A program made the position numbers and the translations under genes. Positions 59,401 to 64,000 of a stretch of 64,000 nucleotides of DNA are shown piece after piece. The DNA is taken from the NCBI GenBank assembly GCA_002633005.1, contig NMRA01000111.1:338866-402865 (forward strand), written 5' to 3'. The DNA comes from Phoronis australis. Lineage: Eukaryota; Animalia; Phoronida. Position 1 is the first letter of the stretch. Each line of letters starts with the position of its first letter. The notes under the pieces were generated by a model. It made no database searches, had not been told where the DNA came from, and saw only the letters and a program-made list of their open reading frames with translations.

Positions 59401-62279
59401 ACACGAAATTTCGAGTTCAAACTCGAACTTATTGCTTTAATTTTGGGTTTACAGACTGTGAACTAAGGGCAATAAATTATCTACGTAAGTTATTGTGTAC
59501 TCGAGCATAGAATAACAGACACTTATCTTGATTTCGCCCAAAAGTAGAGTAGAAAATCCCAAACCTAATTTCGAGTAAAAAGATTGGAGACCGGGCCCTG
59601 GATCGTACTTTTAACATTAATGTTTGAGTCCTTATGTGCAAAGTAGCATTACAAAGTTATCCATACAAGCACTTCCGGACTCGAGGATAAAATAACTGAT
59701 ACTGGTCTCGAGTTTGCAACAAAATAGAATACTGAGAAAATCCAAGTTTGGAGTTCAATTTCGAGTAAACAGATTAGACTGCAGTCATGGGCCACGAACT
59801 TTACACATACTGTGTGCAAATTTCATGAACTACGCTAGTGCCAACAACAGGGAGGGCTTGCAAGCCATGAGGTTCTTGAACACTGAGAATTATTCCTACG
59901 CTGCTGCCTGAGAAGTGAACAAGATTTGATTATTATCCACCAGAAAATCTCGAATAACTCAAGAGCAGTAAGTCGGAAGTAAGAAGTCAAATGTCCGTAA
60001 CAACATCACCTTGTAACCGATAACGCCGCAAAGCAAAGGGCCTAGATAACTTATCGAGATGTCCGATGTAAGGCAATTTACATCGGACGAAGCAGGCGAA
60101 CCTACATACAATCTTATTAAATGTAAACATCAACTTCACGACAAAACAACATAGTGAGAGAAATTTCATTTCACCAAGTAAGAAAGGCAAGAAAAAGACT
60201 TGGGTTTCGTGACTTAACAAGCAAACAAGACAAGAAAACTCACGTCACGACAGGGTAACATACTTGGCCATCACGTGAAAAACAAGCAATAAAATTTGTC
60301 AACATATCTTGCTATTTTTCGTAGTCTTCTGAACTTCAGTTAAAATTTCCATTCGATTTTGTGAACACTGGTACTGCTATGGAAAAGTGACATTTCGTTT
60401 CTGACATACAACGGGAAGTAACTCCCCAAAGTGACCAATCTGCCTCATTTGCAATTCCATTGGAGCCATACTGTGTTATAATATTGATTAACATTGTTTA
60501 AAATTTTGCATAAACTTCTCAAATGCACTAAAACTGATCCGTATATAAGAAAGACGAAGTCATTCTTGGAGATTAATAGGCTCAAAAACGAGGTAGAAGG
60601 TGTAGCATGTCCGGTTGAGTAACAAACCGTTCAATGTGTCACATTGTGTGAGACATAAACAGGTCCCTGCTAGTGAAAGATTTGTCTCAGGGAAACGCTG
60701 GTGAAGAGTCGGATTTCACTGGGGAAAGTCGATTGACCGAAGGCTGTTGCTAGTGAGACATACTTTAAAAGGCTATTTTATGACTCTAATGTATTGAAAC
60801 GCCCAGAATTATATCATCTACCTGCTTACAAGATGCAAGGGCAACATTGAAAGAAAGATATTCGTTCAAAGGTTTACCCGTCAGTTACAGACTATAACTG
60901 TTCCTGCTGAGTTTGGCAATATTTTGACTTGCCTTTAGTTGTTTTCAAATGAGAAGTTTTGGCTAGAACACAACGATTTAATTTAAGCATTAGAATATTC
61001 GAAGATACGAAACGCGAAGAAATGTCATGGAGATTAAAAACTGTCCATAAAACAGCCTCTGTTTCACCTTGGGAGTTAAATATGCGTTGAAAGCACACAT
61101 GGTCAGTACGTTCATAGACAATGGCGATTGATAGAAAAGAGATACCATACGAATGCATTTGACTGTATATTGCAAATAACAGGAATGTGGTCCAAGGTAG
61201 ATACTTTCAAATATGCAAAATGACATTTAGTCAGTCTGGTGTTTCAAGATTTTGTGTAACTAGGCCAAATACGTGTTTGAAGTCAATACATCGAAAGTCT
61301 ACCTTGTCCTTGTACGGACCTTGAGTTCGTGTAAAGAATTTTACTACAGTTTTAGTTACGCGTGAACTAAGGTATGGCCTGTAGTACAGTATCTGCAGAA
61401 TTTCAGACACTAGTCTCTGACCCACGGGTCAAAGTCAATGCATGCAAATTTGCTGTACTGATGGCAGTGAGTTAGCTTATCTTCACACAACAAAGGAATG
61501 AAACCATAAATATTGCAGTACAGTTTCATGCCATCTCGCAGGTATTTGCTACGAGCAATCTACACAAAATATTTGAAAAACTGTTGTGATACGATCTTGA
61601 GCTTACAACGATTGACTGAACACGCGATCGCTCTGAAAACGGTCCTCAGTTATGTACATGGCCCTTTCAGGCCCTCATATCAGACATGCCAATTACAAGG
61701 AATCTCCTCAATCAGAATTGTGTGGTCTCCCTCATTGAATGACCAAACTAAACTAACCTAAGCTCTAATTAACAGAAACCTGTCAGACAGGGGGAAATGC
61801 CCACAAAAATGCTTGCGAAAAACCGATCTCACGAGATTAATATTCAAAAGACGGATTTAGGGACGCATTGGCAATTGATCAAAGAGATTTGTGAATGAGA
61901 AGCAAGCAAACATGTTGACTTAGGTTCCCTTGTGAGCTAGAACGTCTATAATGATCTTCCACCTTTTTACTTAATAAAGTGGTGACAGTAAAGACATTCA
62001 CTTAAAAATGTATATCTCAGTTAGGGAAAATAATAACCTGCACCAGTTCAAATTATTAGATGATACATAGTTTGACCTACCTTCAGTTGTAGTCACAAGC
62101 GGAGGTATGGCTGAAGCACAGCAATATCAGTTAAGCGTACTTTATATATGGGACAAAGGGAAACGTCTTTAAGATTAACGACTGTCTATAAAGATAAATT
62201 CTGTTTCACCTTGAGAGTTAAACATCAAAATGGGAGCTGAAGCAAGTGAGTTGAAACAACAAATGGTTCAAAGTGCCAC

Positions 62280-62322
<43 letters not shown>

Positions 62323-62919
62323 CAAACTACAAGTGTTTAGTGATACACGATGTGTTCAAATGTCATTTTGATCGCATAAAAATGTAGCGTGCTTACACAC
62401 AAACTTAAAAATCAGCATAAAACATTATCTTTGCCAAATAACCATGACAAAGCATGAAATTGTCTTTCGTTGAATAACAAGCCAGCAGGCAAGCAAGACA
62501 AACATACATTCCGCGAAGTTAAAACACACGTCGCTACAAAGTTACATACTTGGTTCCTGCCAAATGCCAAAGGCAAAATTTGTTGATTTCTTTGTCATTT
62601 AGTTTGAAATATAGAGGCATGATTTATTTGTCAATGGCATTTTAGCTAGCTACATGTCCAAATCAACACCCATTAGCAGAAAATCTTTAAAGATAGCGGT
62701 TAACTTGTATGAATATGTCAAGGTGTCGATGCCTTTGTGACGAACTTGTATAAGTTCTGTAATGTATATAATTTAACAATTTTAAAATGCATGTGGCTAA
62801 CTTACTGGGTGCAGTACATAATCCGCAGAATTTAGGGCAGTTGTGTCTGGCCCATGCCTCGTCACCAGTGCATTTAGATCTGCCGTAGGAAGAGCAATTT
62901 GTCTTCAAGTCTTTGCAGC
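14473..62919 (-). CDS. Partial multi-exon gene: tandem ShK/ShKT domains separated by Thr/Pro-rich mucin-like linkers (5' and 3' ends outside window)
   Basis: 24 intact exons, each flanked by a pyrimidine tract+AG and GT(A/G), all phase 1-1 with lengths divisible by 3. The joined translation has no stop, e.g. ...CPKFCGLCTAP-TIPPLVTTTE-APTSPVTRTK-GCEDLITYC...; six-Cys spacing ending CxxxCxxC is typical of ShKT. Confidence 0.82.
14939..15061 (-). CDS. ShK domain exon (123 nt) ICEDKIDCSPYMPDRSSCFGDYASWAKENCALSCVYCTTG
   Basis: tttcaaAG|CA ... GGC A|GTAAG; 6 Cys. Confidence 0.8.
15683..15706 (-). CDS. 24-nt linker microexon (x)STVATTE
   Basis: tttcAG|CC...GAA G|GTAAG. Confidence 0.72.
15814..15870 (-). 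other. Half-ShK candidate or pseudo-exon (57 nt) (x)CEYKKTTCYDYPTTFKSQ
   Basis: Acceptor retained, cryptic donor CAAG|GTGAAA, frame-preserving. Confidence 0.5.
16444..16473 (-). CDS. 30-nt linker microexon (x)TTPLATTTE
   Basis: tttcAG|CC...GAA G|GTAGG. Confidence 0.72.
16869..17050 (+). mobile_element. DIRS-type reverse transcriptase fragment (copies ~19790-19870, ~40745-40925, ~43640-43720), each followed by a GGCGGATCCAGG-type MITE
   Basis: EIYSLL.VIEV..SSLFVITKLDSTFRTILNMKPLHQVV.YSNFRL matches the DIRS RT N-terminal pattern. Confidence 0.65.
17693..17722 (-). CDS. 30-nt linker microexon (x)TIPLTTATE
   Basis: tttcAG|CT...GAG T|GTAAG. Confidence 0.7.
18594..18617 (-). CDS. 24-nt linker microexon (x)STVATTE
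   Basis: tttcAG|CC...GAA G|GTAAG. Confidence 0.72.
18723..18779 (-). pseudogene. Half-ShK pseudo-exon with two in-frame TAG stops
   Basis: CA TTT TAG GTC TAG AAA ACA ACT TGC... Confidence 0.65.
19362..19391 (-). CDS. 30-nt linker microexon (x)TTPLVTTTE
   Basis: tttcAG|CC...GAA G|GTAAG. Confidence 0.72.
20057..20086 (-). CDS. 30-nt linker microexon (x)TTPRVTTTK
   Basis: tttcAG|CC...AAA G|GTAAG. Confidence 0.72.
20312..22145. mobile_element. Nest of palindrome-rich non-autonomous elements inserted into the LINE fossil
   Basis: Absent from paralogs at ~48560 and ~57715; several perfect or near-perfect palindromes. Confidence 0.55.
21340..21420 (-). mobile_element. tRNA-derived (Ala-like) SINE head or tRNA pseudogene
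   Basis: A-box TGGTGTACTGGT, loop CTTGCAA, B-box GGTTCGAATCC; stems pair poorly. Confidence 0.5.
22146..22857 (-). mobile_element. LINE 3' fossil co-duplicated with the exon unit (also ~48480-49190, ~55690-56230, ~57660-58410)
   Basis: GR...ICFFCN...EDELHLLLVCNAY motif; four paralogous copies. Confidence 0.7.
22858..23639. mobile_element. MITE with ~30-bp TIRs (related copy ~47289-47820)
   Basis: cagggtttgttctaaaatccctcgacccc ... ggggtcgagtgagttttagaacaatccctg. Confidence 0.75.
24162..24378. mobile_element. MITE
   Basis: TIR cagcgcgcacccgg / ctgggtgcgcgcatg; cgata(a)c flanks; empty site at ~58950. Confidence 0.65.
25500..27140 (+). mobile_element. Degenerate non-LTR retrotransposon (LINE) 3' fragment, interrupted at ~26333-27014
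   Basis: PILDYCAGVWG, AVQNR, RCGILPLRVETG...RLCEKC...EDEFYFLSYC are C-terminal LINE ORF2 motifs. Confidence 0.8.
26333..27014. mobile_element. Non-autonomous element with ~155-bp terminal hairpin (Crypton-like, unconfirmed); partial second copy near 30490-30565
   Basis: acacaaaacgtacc...ggtacgttttgtgt inverted arms; the LINE frame (CCVY|DNIR) resumes after it. Confidence 0.55.
27833..27946 (-). CDS. ShK domain exon (114 nt) CEDKKTNCHDYSRSVCIDHESWARYSCPKFCGFCSPG
   Basis: aaaacAG|CA ... GGC T|GTAAG; 6 Cys. Confidence 0.85.
28379..28408 (-). pseudogene. Linker microexon with damaged donor (x)TTPLATTTA
   Basis: Donor GT is shifted by 1 nt; using it gives a 29-nt frameshifting exon. Confidence 0.55.
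30014..30130 (-). CDS. ShK domain exon (117 nt) GCEDLNRRCYSYGRSTCTGDYEPWARRNCAKFCGFCTGA
   Basis: caccAG|GC ... GCC A|GTAAG; 6 Cys. Confidence 0.85.
36789..37978 (+). mobile_element. Non-autonomous P-like DNA transposon with THAP relic (copy B)
   Basis: Termini aaggagtgta / tacactccttg, flanks gttaaat/cttaaat; relic CSATNCTNS..SF(F)TLPK.PER|gtaag (frameshifted). Confidence 0.65.
38341..38352 (-). CDS. 12-nt microexon (x)TPE
   Basis: tttttcAG|CCACACCTGAAG|GTAAGT; identical to 14473-14484. Confidence 0.6.
38808..38930 (-). CDS. ShK domain exon (123 nt) ICEDKIDCSPYMHDRSSCFGDYASWARGNCALSCVYCTTG
   Basis: tttcaaAG|CA ... GGC A|GTAAG; 6 Cys. Confidence 0.8.
39555..39578 (-). CDS. 24-nt linker microexon (x)STVATTE
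   Basis: tttcAG|CC...GAA G|GTATG. Confidence 0.7.
39685..39741 (-). other. Half-ShK candidate or pseudo-exon (57 nt) (x)CEDKKTTCHDYPTTFKSQ
   Basis: ShK acceptor aaacAG retained; after DY the sequence switches to intron-derived DNA ending CAAG|GTGAAA. Confidence 0.55.
40314..40343 (-). CDS. 30-nt linker microexon (x)TTPLATTTE
   Basis: tttcAG|CC...GAA G|GTATG. Confidence 0.7.
41571..41600 (-). CDS. 30-nt linker microexon (x)TIPLTTTTE
   Basis: tttcAG|CT...GAG T|GTAAG. Confidence 0.7.
42467..42490 (-). CDS. 24-nt linker microexon (x)TTVATTE
   Basis: tttcAG|AC...GAA G|GTAAG. Confidence 0.7.
42596..42651 (-). pseudogene. Half-ShK pseudo-exon, frameshifted (56 nt)
   Basis: CEDKKTT followed by a 1-nt deletion relative to the 39685-39741 copy. 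Confidence 0.65.
43215..43244 (-). CDS. 30-nt linker microexon (x)TTPLATTTE
   Basis: tttcAG|CC...GAA G|GTAGG. Confidence 0.72.
44087..44116 (-). CDS. 30-nt linker microexon (x)KPPRVTITK
   Basis: tttcAG|CC...AAA G|GTAAG. Confidence 0.7.
48083..48116 (-). pseudogene. 5' remnant of an ShK exon (GCEDVVCCNFY)
   Basis: Acceptor and upstream intron match those of exons 49636/56657/30014; rest of the domain deleted. Confidence 0.55.
48304..48333 (-). CDS. 30-nt linker microexon (x)TTSRVTTTI
   Basis: tttcAG|CC...ATC G|GTAAG. Confidence 0.72.
49636..49758 (-). CDS. ShK domain exon (123 nt) GCEDLIVDCTSYSKSACTGVYESWARKNCPKFCGFCRPTAT
   Basis: aaaccAG|GC ... ACC A|GTAAG; 6 Cys. Confidence 0.85.
50428..55545 (+). 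mobile_element. Bel/Pao LTR retrotransposon, 5'-truncated and degenerate (gag with CCHC knuckles, protease, RT, RNase H, integrase)
   Basis: ORF motifs: CFNCLAFSNH, ALLDSGS, WYLPHH, GDIKGMFHQV, NFYIDD, FCDASEKAYG, SRLAP..IPRLEL, IRSDNGRNF; many stops and frameshifts; no 5' LTR. Confidence 0.95.
55306..55545 (+). repeat. 3' LTR of the Bel/Pao element (~240 bp)
   Basis: Purine tract aaaagggtcgg precedes TGTAGCG; ends CGTCACA, after which host intron homology resumes. Confidence 0.75.
56657..56761 (-). CDS. ShK domain exon, 3'-shortened (105 nt) GCEDLITYCHLYGRSVCTGASESYGKRNCPKFCGF(T..)
   Basis: ccAG|GC ... TTC T|GTAAG; the sixth Cys codon is split at the donor. Confidence 0.7.
57469..57498 (-). 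CDS. 30-nt linker microexon (x)PTSPVTRTK
   Basis: tttcAG|CC...AAA G|GTAAG. Confidence 0.7.
59208..59598. mobile_element. PIF/Harbinger-like MITE nested in a related older element (relatives ~24463-24725, ~45912-46310)
   Basis: TIR gggcccggtctctaatctttgtactcgaa / ttcgagtaaaaagattggagaccgggccc. Confidence 0.6.
61376..61487 (-). pseudogene. Dead ShK pseudo-exon CEDKLTHCHQYSKFACIDFDPWVRD*CLKFCRYCTTG
   Basis: Paralog of exon 27833-27946 with an in-frame TAG; both splice sites lost. Confidence 0.8.
62081..62110 (-). CDS. 30-nt linker microexon (x)IPPLVTTTE
   Basis: cttcAG|CC...GAA G|GTAGG; paralog of the other linker exons. Confidence 0.7.
62281..62320. repeat. (AC)20 microsatellite
   Basis: Direct read. 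Confidence 0.98.
62806..62919 (-). CDS. ShK domain exon (114 nt) GCKDLKTNCSSYGRSKCTGDEAWARHNCPKFCGLCTAP
   Basis: tttcaaacaAG|GC ... CCC A|GTAAG; 6 Cys. Confidence 0.82.
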
Positions 62920-64000
62920 CTTGTTTGAAACAAATGGAAGCATTTGTTTAATTGCAGTTCCATTCCAACTTAATTGTCGCAAGGACAGTACATAAAATTC
63001 ACGCGACAAACTACTGTGAAAAGATCTCGAGCTAACAAGTCATGCCACTTTTGTCGTCATTGTCACCTTGGTCGTCACAAAGTTAGCACAAAGTTTTGTC
63101 TTGAAGTGAATTAATGGTTACGGTTAGTTGGTAAGAATAAAAGAGTCCGTGGCTATCGTGAAATTTGTTGCGTTCGGCAACCTGCCTAATTTCTGACAAA
63201 TGTTAAAAAGGCCGCAGGGCCAGATTTCCGCTAATTAAAAAGTAGAAAATGATGCAATTACAATGTCATCTTTTGTCCGGTTTCACCTCGAGGCAGTTCT
63301 GGGTGTAACGTATCCCATTCGAAAAAACACTGTCGGGACGTTTTTGTCTGTTGCAACGAACATTTCATATTTGCGTTTCCGCTTAGACCGAGACGTCCAG
63401 CTTCTTATCTGCAAGTTCCACTATTTCACTCTCGAATGTTGACCGTGACAACTATGCAACATCGTGTTTCAAATAAAACTGTCCCTTTGTTATGATTATT
63501 ATATTATATTGATAGTCAGCTTTCTCTCCTAACATAACAATCACAAACATTTTTACAATATCTTTTGTTTCCGGTAACGTGAACTACGTGTACCAGGATC
63601 ACTAATTTACATTCTTACGGAAGCCTTTCAGGAATGCGAAANATATCCTAGATCCGCCACTGTACAATGTCATCTTTTGTCCGGTTTCACCTCGAGGCAG
63701 TTCTGGGTGTAACGTATCCCATTCGAAAAAACACTGTCGGTACGTTTTTGTCTGTTGCGACGAACATTTCATATTTGCGTTTCCGCTTAGACCGAGACGT
63801 CCAGCTTCTTATCTGCAAGTTCCACTATTTCACTCTCGAATGTTGACCGTGACAACTATGCAACATCGTGTTTCAAATAAAACTGTCCCTTTGTTATGAT
63901 TATTATATTATATTGATAGTCAGCTTTCTCTCCTAACATAACAATCACAAACATTTTTACAATATCTTTTGTTTCCGGTAACGTGAACTACGTGTACCAG

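Noticed and set aside
63259-64000. ~340-bp direct repeat
   Set aside because: Copies lie either side of the N at 63642; either an artefact or unresolved.

Overview
AT-rich animal genomic DNA, probably from a lophotrochozoan such as a mollusc (inferred from the repeat and domain types). The window holds the interior of one minus-strand, intron-rich gene whose start and stop lie outside it. The gene is built from small symmetric phase-1/phase-1 GT-AG exons: 7 ShK/ShKT-domain exons (105-123 nt), 17 intact Thr/Pro-rich mucin-like microexons (12, 24 or 30 nt), and several decayed or half ShK pseudo-exons. The array grew by nested tandem duplication: ~2.9-kb units, a ~32.4-kb-offset duplication (1-20170 vs 32415-44172) and older paralogous blocks. 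Introns are packed with transposon relics: a Sola3-like element with a TTAA TSD and an empty site in the paralog, an Ngaro-type tyrosine-recombinase/SGNH fragment carrying a hairpin array, a THAP/P-like element, a 5'-truncated Bel/Pao element that replaced one microexon, LINE and DIRS-RT fossils, MITEs and palindromic elements. Three single-N joins flanked by duplicated sequence look like assembly artefacts. All exon calls come from splice signals and translation read by eye; there is no expression evidence.
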